64,000 nucleotides of DNA from a bacterium (GTDB taxonomy: Bacteria; UBA8248). Made by a program: the position numbers and the translations under genes. The DNA lies in NCBI GenBank assembly GCA_965221165.1, contig CBDCRP010000002.1, positions 1,417,728 through 1,481,727 of the forward strand, read 5' to 3'. The notes beneath the pieces were generated by a model that saw only the letters and a list, made by a program, of their open reading frames with translations, did not search any database and was not told where the DNA came from. Below are positions 46,381 to 55,596 of the stretch, piece by piece (position 1 is the first letter of the stretch; each line of letters opens with the position of its first letter).

Positions 46381-46845
46381 TCAATCACCCATCCGGTTTC
46401 GGGCTCTCGTTCTGGAGTCGAGCGAAAGGGGGCCGCCTCCCATGAGGAGTATGGAGATGGTGGCGAGCAGGAGGAAAAGGGAGTATTCGTATCCGCCGGC
46501 GACGGCGGCGCCGGTCGTGGGGTTCGTGACGATTCCGTGCATGAAAAAGCCCTGGTCGAAATGCACCAGCGCGGCGGCGCCCGCCATGATGGGGATGTTC
46601 ATCAAAGCGCCCAGGCGGGCGTAGAGCCCGATGAGCAGGAGCGCCCCGCCGACCAGATGACCCAGCACGACGACCCACGCACAGATGGCGGGCAGAGGGA
46701 GACCCATCAATGCGTTCAGGGCGGCGAGGCGCTCCACGCCGACCACCAGATAACCGTAATAGGCATGCAGAATGTAGTAGACGCCCAGAGAAACGCGAAG
46801 CAAGGCGATTCCGTATGTCTGATGCTTTTTCAGTCTCAGGTTCAT
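46381..46845 (-). CDS. DoxX family membrane protein
   Basis: Motifs LLRVSLG, GGYEYSL and GGGPLSLD. Confidence 0.9.
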   Translation of the reverse strand: MNLRLKKHQTYGIALLRVSLGVYYILHAYYGYLVVGVERLAALNALMGLPLPAICAWVVVLGHLVGGALLLIGLYARLGALMNIPIMAGAAALVHFDQGFFMHGIVTNPTTGAAVAGGYEYSLFLLLATISILLMGGGPLSLDSRTRARNRMGD

Positions 46846-47042
46846 CGATTCTTCCCAAGCGATGTAAAAGGCTATTTTCTCGCAATCTCGCGGATATCGC
46901 CACCCCACCCGAAACAGGAAGCGATTTGACCCGCGCGCGAAATGTGATAGAAGCGAAACGCGGTTCCGGCTTCATGAGCGGAGCCGCTCTCATGCGCCTC
47001 ATCTTACGCCGCAACCAAAAACATGAAAGCAGTCATCCGAAA

Positions 47043-47759
47043 ATGAGTGAATCCGGAAAAAAACTATCATACAAGAACTTCATCATTCCGCTGGTCCTCG
47101 TCGTCGTCCTGGCGCTTTTCTTCTACTCGGGCCTGGGCCGCTACCTCTCCTTCGAGGCCTTGAGGGAAAACCAGGGCGTACTCAAAGACTGGGTGCGCAC
47201 GAACGGCGCGCTCGCCGTCATCGCCTACATGCTCGCCTACGCGGCGGTAACTATCTTCTCCCTTCCCGGCGGGGCGGTGATGAGCATCACCGGCGGTTTT
47301 CTCTTCGGTACCCTCTGGGGAGCGCTCTACATCGTCGTGGGCGCAACGGTGGGGGCGACGATCCTCTTCATCGCGGCCAAGACCTCGCTCGGAGACCCCC
47401 TGCGCGCGAAGGCCGGCCCCTGGCTCCAGAAGATGGAAGAGGGTTTTCGGGAAAACGCGCTGAGCTATCTGCTGGTCTTGAGGCTCGTGCCCCTGTTTCC
47501 GTTTTTCGTGGTGAACCTGGTGCCCGCGTTCCTGGGGGTTTCGTTAAGCGTCTACTTTACCGGCACGTTCCTGGGGATAATCCCCGGGTCTTTCGTCTTC
47601 GCCTCGGTGGGCGCAGGGCTCGGCAGCATATTCGAGGCGGGAGGCGAGTTCTCCGCCAAGGGAATTCTGACGCCCCAGGTCATCATCGCGCTGGTGGGAC
47701 TCGCAGCGCTCTCGCTCATCCCCGTGGTCTACAAGAAATTCAAGTCGAAAAAAGACTGA
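47043..47759 (+). CDS. TVP38/TMEM64 (DedA/VTT) family membrane protein
   Basis: Motifs SLPGG, GGFLFG and LRLVPLFPFFVVN. Confidence 0.92.
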   Translation: MSESGKKLSYKNFIIPLVLVVVLALFFYSGLGRYLSFEALRENQGVLKDWVRTNGALAVIAYMLAYAAVTIFSLPGGAVMSITGGFLFGTLWGALYIVVGATVGATILFIAAKTSLGDPLRAKAGPWLQKMEEGFRENALSYLLVLRLVPLFPFFVVNLVPAFLGVSLSVYFTGTFLGIIPGSFVFASVGAGLGSIFEAGGEFSAKGILTPQVIIALVGLAALSLIPVVYKKFKSKKD

Positions 47760-47766
47760 TCCCGGT

Positions 47767-48561
47767 TCAACTCGGCTTTTGGGCGGTGAACAGGTATCTC
47801 GTCTGCGCGAAGAAATAAGCGCCCCTCTCGTCCTGCGCCCGCACGTCGCGCGCCCAGGCGTCGGCTTCCTCCTGTGTGATCTCCGTCCTCCCGGGAACGA
47901 CGCCCAGGATCTGGCGGATGAGATGAAAGCTGCAGCCCGCATCCCCGTAAGCAATGTTGAGAATGGGAATCGCGCCCACGGACGGCGAAAGAAAGCCTGA
48001 GGCCGCAAGCCGGGACCCCAGCGTGAGCGGCAGTCTCGGATGTGCGAAACTCTCCCGCCAGCCGTCCATGACGCGCTCGGACAGGGCTTCGTCCTCACAG
48101 TTCAACGCCGTGGCGCCCCAGTCGGTATCGACGATCACGAGGCGTCCGCCGGGTCTCAATACACGATAAAATTCGCTTAGGGCCGCCTCCACGTCCGGCA
48201 CGAACTCGAGCGTCTGCACGCTGACGCAGGCGTCGAACTCCCCGTCCGGAAACGGAAGCGATACGGCGTCCCCGATCCGGAAATCGACTTGGGGGCTATC
48301 CGCACAGCGCGCTCGCGCGATGGCGACCATCGCCTCGCTCAGGTCGATTCCACATACCCGGCCCGAGGGACCGACTATCGCCGCCATCTCCCCGGCGAAA
48401 AGGCCGGGACCCGAACCCACGTCCAAAGCGCGCGCGCCGGGGATGAGGCCGAGCGCCTCTATCGTCCGCCGCCTGACCTCGACCATGTCGCCCGTGAGAT
48501 ACATGGCTTCGGCCCGGCGCGAGGCGTTCTCATCAAAATCCATCGTGTCGCTCACGGACAT
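47767..48561 (-). CDS. class I SAM-dependent methyltransferase
   Basis: Motifs LDVGSGPG, GDAVSLPFPDGEFD and VLRPGG; the start is uncertain (48543 or 48561). Confidence 0.9.
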   Translation of the reverse strand: MSVSDTMDFDENASRRAEAMYLTGDMVEVRRRTIEALGLIPGARALDVGSGPGLFAGEMAAIVGPSGRVCGIDLSEAMVAIARARCADSPQVDFRIGDAVSLPFPDGEFDACVSVQTLEFVPDVEAALSEFYRVLRPGGRLVIVDTDWGATALNCEDEALSERVMDGWRESFAHPRLPLTLGSRLAASGFLSPSVGAIPILNIAYGDAGCSFHLIRQILGVVPGRTEITQEEADAWARDVRAQDERGAYFFAQTRYLFTAQKPS

Positions 48562-48566
48562 GTTCC

Positions 48567-48646
48567 CGTAGGGGCGGACCTGCGTGTCCGCCCGCAGTTC
48601 GCATGTGTCCACTCGACAGTAGGGGCGGTTCGCGAACCGCCCCTAC
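48567..48646. repeat. GTAG-family REP palindromes (2 copies)
   Basis: CGTAGGGGCGGACCTGCGTGTCCGCCCGC (48567-48595) and the perfect palindrome GTAGGGGCGGTTCGCGAACCGCCCCTAC (48619-48646). Confidence 0.85.
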
Positions 48647-48699
48647 CTCTTTTTGATAACCGCAATCGAGCACCATGGAAACCCGCCGGAGAGAACCTT

Positions 48700-49095
48700 C
48701 TACGCATCCTTGAAATACTCGACGTCCTCGGGCCTCGGTTTCCAGTTGGGGTTGGTGGGCCATTCCAGGTGGCGCGAGAGCTTATCCCCCCCGTAGCGCA
48801 CGCGGTAGAGCAGCGTGCGCTCGGAGCCGTTGGTGTATTCATGCGCCTCGCCCGGAGGATGGACGATGAAAGAACCGGGAACGACGTCGACCTCGCCGGT
48901 GGGGGTCTTCATCCTGCCGCCGCCCTTGTAGCAGAAATAAATCTCCGTCGCGTAGGGGTGGCAGTGGTAGGGACTCACCTGCCCGGGCTCCCAGCAGGCC
49001 ACCGTCACGTCGCCCTCCTCGAAGCGGCCGAGAATCTTCTCCACGTGTTTTTCCGTGCTGAATTCCTTTTCCTGCTCCAGATCGAAAACGTGCAT
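48700..49095 (-). CDS. cupin domain protein
   Basis: Motifs YHCHPYATE and PPGEAH. Confidence 0.88.
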   Translation of the reverse strand: MHVFDLEQEKEFSTEKHVEKILGRFEEGDVTVACWEPGQVSPYHCHPYATEIYFCYKGGGRMKTPTGEVDVVPGSFIVHPPGEAHEYTNGSERTLLYRVRYGGDKLSRHLEWPTNPNWKPRPEDVEYFKDA

Positions 49096-49172
49096 CGTGC
49101 TCTCCTGTATGAATGTACTTCATCACGCAAAAAACGGGTGTGCGCTCTAGGAGCGGCTCCCATGAACTCTCT

Positions 49173-50537
49173 TTACAGCCCGCTGAACTCCTCGCAGATG
49201 GCGGCCATGTATTTCGCCCCGTCGATCAGGTCCGCGACTTTCAGGTTCTCGTTCGCGCTGTGCGTGCGCGAGGTAATGCGGCCCACGCCGGTGGATGACA
49301 GCGGAATTCCCAGATGCTTCAGCACGATCCAGGTCGGCGTGCTCCCGTTGCCGAACGGATCAATGATGGCGTCTTCCCCGTAGAGCCTCCGGGACGCGGC
49401 GTTACACGCCTTGACGACCTCGGCTTCGGGGTCGCTCTTCGCCGGGTAGGAGGTGAACAGAAGCTCCACGCCGATGTCCTCGAAGCCGTGCTTGTCCAGA
49501 TGCGCGCGCACGCAGTCCCTTATCTTGTCAGGGTCCTGGTTCGGCACGAGACGGCAGTCCACCTTGGCCCGCGCGCGGGCGGAGACGATGGTCTTCACCC
49601 CCTCGCCGGTGTAGCCGCCGTCAAAGCCCGCGATGTTGAAGGTGGGATTCGCCAGATGGCGGCGGGGCAGGTCCTCGTCTTTCATATCGAGAAGGAATTT
49701 ACGGAGCTCGAACTTCTCTATGCGCTCGGCCCCGTTATAGGGCCTGACGCGTCGGATGAGTTCGTCCTCGATCTCCGTGATCGGCAGCACGTCGTCGTAG
49801 AATCCTTCCACCAGCACGTTCTCGTTTTGATCCTTCATGGTCGAGAGCGCCCATGTCATCCGCCAGGCCGCGTTCTCGTATATCTGGCCGTTCGAGCTGT
49901 GGAAATCCACGTTCGCCGTCCGGCAGGTGAGCTCCATGTAGCAGAGCCCCTTGTTGCCGAGGGAGAGCACGGGGATGTCCACCCGCGTGGTGTTGTCCTC
50001 CCAGACGCAGCCGTCTGCGGCGAGCAGATCGGCGTTTTCCTTCACGAAGGGCTCGAGCGAGGGGCTGCCCACCTCTTCTTCGCCCTCGATGATGTACTTG
50101 ACCGAGCAGGGCAGTTCGCCGCGCACCGCCAGGAAGGCCTCGAACGCCGCCAGACGGCTCATGATGTTGCCCTTGTTGTCCGTCGCGCCGCGCGCGATGA
50201 CGTGGCCATCGACCACCTCCGCATCGAAGGGCGGGGTGTCCCACTCGGAGAGCGGTTCCGCCGGCTGCACGTCGTAGTGGTTGTAGAAGAGGAGCGTTTT
50301 CTCTCCCCCGCCCCCAAGACGCGCGGTGAGAATCGGGTTGCCCCCCGTCTCATGGAGCGTCGCCTCTAAGCCTGAGCGCGCCACGCGGGCTTCGAGCAGG
50401 GCGGACATCTCCCGCACGCCGACGTTGGTCGTCGAGATACTCGGCTGGCGGCAGAGTTCCTGCAGATCCGCCACGATGCGATCCGCATTCGCATCGATAT
50501 AGTCCAGCACGGCACGGAAGTCTTTTCCCTCGCTCAT
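49173..50537 (-). CDS. M20 dipeptidase-like metallohydrolase
   Basis: Motifs YNHYDVQP, RGATDNKG, EGEEEVGS and HSANE. Confidence 0.92.
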   Translation of the reverse strand: MSEGKDFRAVLDYIDANADRIVADLQELCRQPSISTTNVGVREMSALLEARVARSGLEATLHETGGNPILTARLGGGGEKTLLFYNHYDVQPAEPLSEWDTPPFDAEVVDGHVIARGATDNKGNIMSRLAAFEAFLAVRGELPCSVKYIIEGEEEVGSPSLEPFVKENADLLAADGCVWEDNTTRVDIPVLSLGNKGLCYMELTCRTANVDFHSSNGQIYENAAWRMTWALSTMKDQNENVLVEGFYDDVLPITEIEDELIRRVRPYNGAERIEKFELRKFLLDMKDEDLPRRHLANPTFNIAGFDGGYTGEGVKTIVSARARAKVDCRLVPNQDPDKIRDCVRAHLDKHGFEDIGVELLFTSYPAKSDPEAEVVKACNAASRRLYGEDAIIDPFGNGSTPTWIVLKHLGIPLSSTGVGRITSRTHSANENLKVADLIDGAKYMAAICEEFSGL

Positions 50538-50714
50538 CGCACACTCCTTATCCTTGAGACGCCCGCGGTTCGCTCTTCGGTTTGATTATCAGCGTGGAAC
50601 AAAGATATGATCCTCAGCACTTACATTCAACCCGAAAACCCGCATTCGCGCGACTTAGACCCGGGCGTTCATCCGCTCCGGCGCATACCGAATGCGGCCC
50701 AAAGGAGGACATTC

Positions 50715-51890
50715 ATGCCCGAAGCACCCGCGAACACGAACTGGTTCACATACTTTCCCGAGGACTACCGCTGGTCGGCCGCCATCTGCGGCATGGTCTC
50801 GAGCGCGCAGTGGGGCGGGACCGAAATCGGCGAAGTCGACAAGGTCTGCCGCCGCCTCTACAAGAGCCTGGGCGACGACGACTTGTGGTTCGACGAGTGG
50901 GACCGCATGGGCGACGTCGTGCGGGATCTGGGCCGCGCCGCCGAGGAGAAAAACCAGAACCTCTCCGCCGCCTCCCACTACAAGCGCGCGGCGTGCTACT
51001 ACCAGATGGCCGAGCGCTTCAGAACGCCCAAGGACGAACGTGCGCTGGCCACGTTCGAGAAATCACTCGATGCCTTCCGCCGCTTCGCCCGCCTGACGGA
51101 CAGGCCCGGAATCGAGGCCGTGGAAGTTCCCTTCGAGGGCGGAAAACACCTGCCCGGCTATCTGGTGCACGCCGAGAACACCTCTGAGAGCAAACCCCCC
51201 GTCGTGGTCTTTTTCGACGGGCTCGACGTCAACAAGGAACTCCAGTACACGCGCGGCGTGGAAGACCTCGTGCGCCGGGGCATGAGCTGTCTGGTGATGG
51301 ACGGCCCCGGCACGGGCGAGGCCATCCGCCTGCGCGAGATTTACCTGCGCCCCGATTATGAAGTCGCGGGCTCGGCCGCGCTCGATTACCTGGAATCCAG
51401 GGACGACGTGGACGCGAACCGCGCGGGCGTCATGGCCATCAGCCTGGGCGGCTACTACGCGCCGCGCATCGCAGCCGTGGAGCCGCGCTACAAGGCGTGT
51501 CTCGCCTGGGGGGCGATTTGGGATTACTACGCCACCTGGAAAAAACGCATTGAGGCCTCCTTCAAGGCGGAACTCTCCGTTCCGGGCCACCACATCCAGT
51601 GGATCCTGAACGCAGACTCGCTCGATGACGCCCTGATCAAGCTGGACGGCTTTAGGCTCGACGGCGTCGTGCAGAAGATGCGGTGTCCGTTCCTCGTCAC
51701 CCACGGGGAGGACGACAAGCAGATTCCCCTGGAAGACGCCGAAGCCCTCTATAACGCCGTCGGCTCGGAAGACAAGACGCTCCGGGTCTTCACGGTGGAG
51801 GAAGGCGGCGCCCAGCACTGCCAGCGCGACAACTACGCCATCGGCGCAACCTATATGTTCGACTGGCTCCAGGAAAAGCTCTGCGGGTAG
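50715..51890 (+). CDS. alpha/beta hydrolase, 2,6-dihydroxypseudooxynicotine hydrolase/FrsA-like (paralogue 1)
   Basis: Motifs GLDVNKE, DGPGTGE, AISLGGYYAPR, HGEDD and HCQ. Confidence 0.88.
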   Translation: MPEAPANTNWFTYFPEDYRWSAAICGMVSSAQWGGTEIGEVDKVCRRLYKSLGDDDLWFDEWDRMGDVVRDLGRAAEEKNQNLSAASHYKRAACYYQMAERFRTPKDERALATFEKSLDAFRRFARLTDRPGIEAVEVPFEGGKHLPGYLVHAENTSESKPPVVVFFDGLDVNKELQYTRGVEDLVRRGMSCLVMDGPGTGEAIRLREIYLRPDYEVAGSAALDYLESRDDVDANRAGVMAISLGGYYAPRIAAVEPRYKACLAWGAIWDYYATWKKRIEASFKAELSVPGHHIQWILNADSLDDALIKLDGFRLDGVVQKMRCPFLVTHGEDDKQIPLEDAEALYNAVGSEDKTLRVFTVEEGGAQHCQRDNYAIGATYMFDWLQEKLCG

Positions 51891-51899
51891 GGGGCTCTT

Positions 51900-51982
51900 G
51901 TAGGGACAGGCCCCTGTGCCTGTCCTGACAAAGGACAACCACGGGGGGTTGTGGGGCAGTCTCGATGAGGGACTGCCACTAC
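51900..51982. repeat. GTAG-family REP doublet
   Basis: GTAGGGACAGGCCCCTGTGCCTGTCC (51900-51925) facing GGACAACCACGGGGGGTTGT-GGGGCAGTCTCGATGAGGGACTGCC-ACTAC (51933-51982). Confidence 0.8.
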
Positions 51983-52003
51983 GGGGGTGGCGAACCAGTC
52001 GAC

Positions 52004-52203
52004 ATCACTCCCCCCTTGAGGGTCGGGCTTCCTGAGGAGAAAGCCCGACGCAGAAGCCGAGCGTTTTGTGCGAAGGCTGATGCGGTGGGGGGTATGATTC
52101 TAAAATAAAAGCTCCCCCCACCGGTTCGCTTGCAGGCTACGCCCTTAGCTCACCGTCGGTCTTCCCGAGTAGGAGAAGACCGACCCCTCAAGGGGGGAGT
52201 GAT
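52004..52203. mobile_element. 200-bp non-coding MITE/REPIN-like palindromic element
   Basis: Terminal inverted repeats ATCACTCCCCCCTTGAGGG / CCCTCAAGGGGGGAGTGAT and three internal hairpins. Confidence 0.7.
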
Positions 52204-52260
52204 TAGAAACATGGCAAGGTGTAGGCCTAAACCGCCGTGGTTGTTTTATAGGGACAAACA

Positions 52261-53184
52261 ATGACCATCTTCCACACCCACGTCATCGTCGACTGGTCGG
52301 CGCGGTCGAAACCAAGCCCCGACAAGCTCACAAAAGACGCCATCTGGTGGGCCGCCGCAAGAGACGGCATCGTGGACGAACCCGCCTACGCCCGCACCCG
52401 CCACGACGCGGTGGAGCGTCTCGCCGACTTCATTGCCTCGGAACTAAACTCCGCCCGCCGCGTGTTGATCGGTTTTGATTTTCCCTTCGGATACCCGGCC
52501 GGGGTCGCGGCGCATTTAACCGGCGAAGCCTCGGCCTTGGCATTCTGGGACTGGCTGGCGGCCCGCATCGAGGATGCCGGGGACAACACCAACAACCGCT
52601 TCGAAATCGCGGAGGCGATCAACTGCGCCTATCCGGGGATTGGCCCTTTTTGGGGCCGCCCGGGAACCTGGCCATACCCGGAGGTGCCGACCCGCGAATC
52701 ACGCCGCACGGGCCGGGAGACTCACCCGCCCGAGCGCCGCATCGCCGATCTCCATGCCAAAGGCGCCAAAACCGTCTGGCAACTGGCCTACGCCGGGTCC
52801 GTCGGCTCACAAGTGCTCCTGGGTCTTCCCGCCTTGAAGCGCCTGATTGAGGACCCGCGCATGGATGGCCGCCTCGCCGTATGGCCTTTCGATACCGGCT
52901 TGCGCGTCCCTGAAGCGCCCGCCGTAATCGCCGAAATCTACCCCTCCCTTCTCAGGAAAGAGATTAAAGAGCGCAAGACAGGGGACGAGATACACGACGC
53001 CGCCCAGGTGCGCGTGAACACGGAGGCTTTTGCCAGCCTCGACGCTCTGGGCGGTCTAGGCCCCCTGTTCGAAGGCGCTCCTTTTCTCGACGCCAACGAG
53101 CGCCGCATCATTGAAACCGAGGAAGCATGGATACTCGGCCTCGGCCATGAAGATGAACTCAGAAAGGCGCTGGACTCGAACTAG
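52261..53184 (+). CDS. DUF429-like protein with predicted RNase H-like fold
   Basis: Acidic motif series IVDWS, GFDFPFGYP, AEIYP, HDA and EEAWIL. Confidence 0.7.
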   Translation: MTIFHTHVIVDWSARSKPSPDKLTKDAIWWAAARDGIVDEPAYARTRHDAVERLADFIASELNSARRVLIGFDFPFGYPAGVAAHLTGEASALAFWDWLAARIEDAGDNTNNRFEIAEAINCAYPGIGPFWGRPGTWPYPEVPTRESRRTGRETHPPERRIADLHAKGAKTVWQLAYAGSVGSQVLLGLPALKRLIEDPRMDGRLAVWPFDTGLRVPEAPAVIAEIYPSLLRKEIKERKTGDEIHDAAQVRVNTEAFASLDALGGLGPLFEGAPFLDANERRIIETEEAWILGLGHEDELRKALDSN

Positions 53185-53190
53185 TAGGCC

Positions 53191-53277
53191 GGACAGGCGC
53201 AGAGGCCTGTGGGACAGCCCCGATGAGGGGCCTGTCCCTACGACTTTTGCGGGCGGACACACAGGTCCGCCCCTACG
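53191..53277. repeat. GTAG-family REP copies in reverse orientation
   Basis: GGACAGGCGCAGAGGCCT-GTGGGACAGCCCCGATGA-GGGGCCTGTCCCTAC (53191-53241). GCGGGCGGACACACAGGTCCGCCCCTACG (53249-53277) is the reverse complement of 48567-48595 with one mismatch. Confidence 0.85.
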
Positions 53278-53493
53278 ATTATTATGATTCATGAAGATAG
53301 CCGGATCATCTCCCACCGATGACGCAAAATTGTTGCTGTGATATAAATTTCGCTATTGGAACAATGGAGCGAGGAAGCCCGAATTTCGAAGAAATCCCGG
53401 ATTCAAGAAATCCGTTTTCATCGATTTTCCTGCGCAATACCTCAAAAAGATGCTTTCACCACAGCTTCTGATTTCTCGTAAGGAGAACGCCTC

Positions 53494-54669
53494 ATGGCAA
53501 AGGCCGTCCGCAAGGAACCCTGGTTCGCGTATTTTCCGAACGACTACCGCTGGTCCGCAGGGGTGAGCATCGCCTATTCCACGTCCTTTTGGGGCTCGTC
53601 CACGATGGGGGAAGTCGATAAAGTCTGCCGAAGGCTCAAGGGCAAGGAGGGGGACGACGACGCCTGGTTCGATGAATGGGTGAGCGAGGCCGACAGGATG
53701 CGCGCCTTGGGCATGGCCGCCGCGAGAAAAAAGAACGCGCTTTCGGCCGCCGCATTCTTCAAGCGGGCGTGTTTTTATTATCAACTCGGCGAGCGCTTCA
53801 GAACGCCCAAGGACAAGGCGGCGAACTCCGCGTACCGTAAATCGCTGGACAGCTTCAAGCGCTTCGCCGCGCTCACGGATTCCCCGCGCATCGAGCACGT
53901 GGAAATTCCCTTCGAGGGCAAAAAGACGCTTCCCGGCATTCTCGTTCACGCGCGGAACACGAGAAAAAGAAAACCGCCCGTGGTGGTCTCTTTCGATGGT
54001 TTCGACGTTTCGAAGGAAATTCAATACATCATGGGCGCGGAGGACCTCGCCCGCCGGGGGATGAGCGTGCTGGCCGTGGACGCTCCCGGAAACGGGGAGG
54101 CCATCCGCTCGAGAAAGCTCTACCTGCGCCACGACCATGAAGTCGCGGGCGCTGCGACCCTCGATTATCTCGAAACCAGAAAAGACGTGGATGCGAAGAG
54201 CGCCGGCGTCATGGCGATCAGCCTCGGCGGCTACTACGCGCCCAGAAACGCCGGCATGGAGCACCGCTTCAAGGCGTGCGTGGCCTGGGGGGCGATTTGG
54301 GACTACCAGAAGGTATGGAAAGACCGCATCGCCGCCGCCTACAAGACGGCCCTCTCGGTTCCCGGGCATCACCTGACGTGGATTTTCAACTCCGATTCCA
54401 CCGAGGAGTGCCTCGACATACTCGCGGACTTCAAGCTCGACGGCGTGGTGCAGAACATGCGCTGCCCGTTTTTGCTGATTCACGGGGAAGGCGACCAGCA
54501 GATATCCGTAGCCGAGGCGCGCAAGCTATACAACGCCTCGGGCTCTAAGGACAAGACTTTCAGAGTCGTCAAGGGGACGGAAACCGGCTCCCAGCACTGC
54601 CAGATGGACAACGTGCCTCCCTACGCGCACGAGATTTTCGACTGGCTCAAGCTGAAGCTGGGGGCGTAG
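53494..54669 (+). CDS. alpha/beta hydrolase, 2,6-dihydroxypseudooxynicotine hydrolase/FrsA-like (paralogue 2)
   Basis: Same motifs as paralogue 1 (WFAYFPNDYRWSA, AISLGGYYAPR, HCQ). Confidence 0.88.
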   Translation: MAKAVRKEPWFAYFPNDYRWSAGVSIAYSTSFWGSSTMGEVDKVCRRLKGKEGDDDAWFDEWVSEADRMRALGMAAARKKNALSAAAFFKRACFYYQLGERFRTPKDKAANSAYRKSLDSFKRFAALTDSPRIEHVEIPFEGKKTLPGILVHARNTRKRKPPVVVSFDGFDVSKEIQYIMGAEDLARRGMSVLAVDAPGNGEAIRSRKLYLRHDHEVAGAATLDYLETRKDVDAKSAGVMAISLGGYYAPRNAGMEHRFKACVAWGAIWDYQKVWKDRIAAAYKTALSVPGHHLTWIFNSDSTEECLDILADFKLDGVVQNMRCPFLLIHGEGDQQISVAEARKLYNASGSKDKTFRVVKGTETGSQHCQMDNVPPYAHEIFDWLKLKLGA

Positions 54670-54796
54670 CGGAGTCCGGGGGCCGGGCCGACGTCTTCTG
54701 GCGTATAAAGAAGCGGATGGGCTTTCAGATGCGCGTCGAGGCGGATGCCGTCTGACGCCGGCGAGACAACTCACAGAACAAGGGGGCCGATTCCTT

Positions 54797-55582
54797 ATGG
54801 ATTACGAAAACCTGCGCACCGAAATGGACGGGGACTTGCTGATCGTAACGCTGCACTGGCCCGAACGGCGAAACGCCATGACCCAACAGATGCGGGTCGA
54901 CCTGCTCGATTGCGCGCGCCGCGCCGAGAGCGACGATGCGGTGAAGGCCATCGTATTCACCGGGCATGGGGACAAATCTTTTTGCGCAGGCGCCAACATC
55001 CCCGAACTCGAGCAACGCACGCTGATCTCGGAGATGGGACCTTCGGCGACGCTGCGCAAGGAGTTGCCGACCGCCATCGAGCGCCTCGGCAAGCCGACGG
55101 TCGCTGCGATCAACGGCTATTGTTTCGGCGCAGGATTAGAATTCGCCATGGGGTGCACCATCAGAATCGCTAGCGAGAACGCCCAGCTCGCGCTGCCGGA
55201 GATCAACCTGGGCCAGATTCCCGGCTCAGGCGGCACGCAGCGCCTCTATAGGTTCGTCGGGCTGGGCTGGGCCATGCAGATGATCCTGACGGGACAGCGC
55301 GTCGACGCCGAAACCGCCCGCGAAATAGGCCTGGTAACCGAAATCATGCCGCTGGCCGACCTGCTGCCCCGCGCGAAGGAGTTGGCGCGCACCCTGGGGG
55401 CGCAATCCCCCATGGCCTTCGTCGCCGGGCGCGACGCCGTCTTGCGCTCGACGGAAACGGAGTTGCTGGCGGGCATCGACTATGAGCGCAAGCTCTACGC
55501 CATCTGCATGGCGACCGAAGACAGCCGCGAGGCGCTGAAAGCCTACGCCGAGAAGCGCTCCCCCCGATACAAGGGCCGCTAG
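54797..55582 (+). CDS. enoyl-CoA hydratase/isomerase family
   Basis: Motifs FCAGANI, GYCFGAGLE and PEINLGQIPGSGGTQRL. Confidence 0.92.
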   Translation: MDYENLRTEMDGDLLIVTLHWPERRNAMTQQMRVDLLDCARRAESDDAVKAIVFTGHGDKSFCAGANIPELEQRTLISEMGPSATLRKELPTAIERLGKPTVAAINGYCFGAGLEFAMGCTIRIASENAQLALPEINLGQIPGSGGTQRLYRFVGLGWAMQMILTGQRVDAETAREIGLVTEIMPLADLLPRAKELARTLGAQSPMAFVAGRDAVLRSTETELLAGIDYERKLYAICMATEDSREALKAYAEKRSPRYKGR

Positions 55583-55596
55583 TCCGGGAATCGCGC

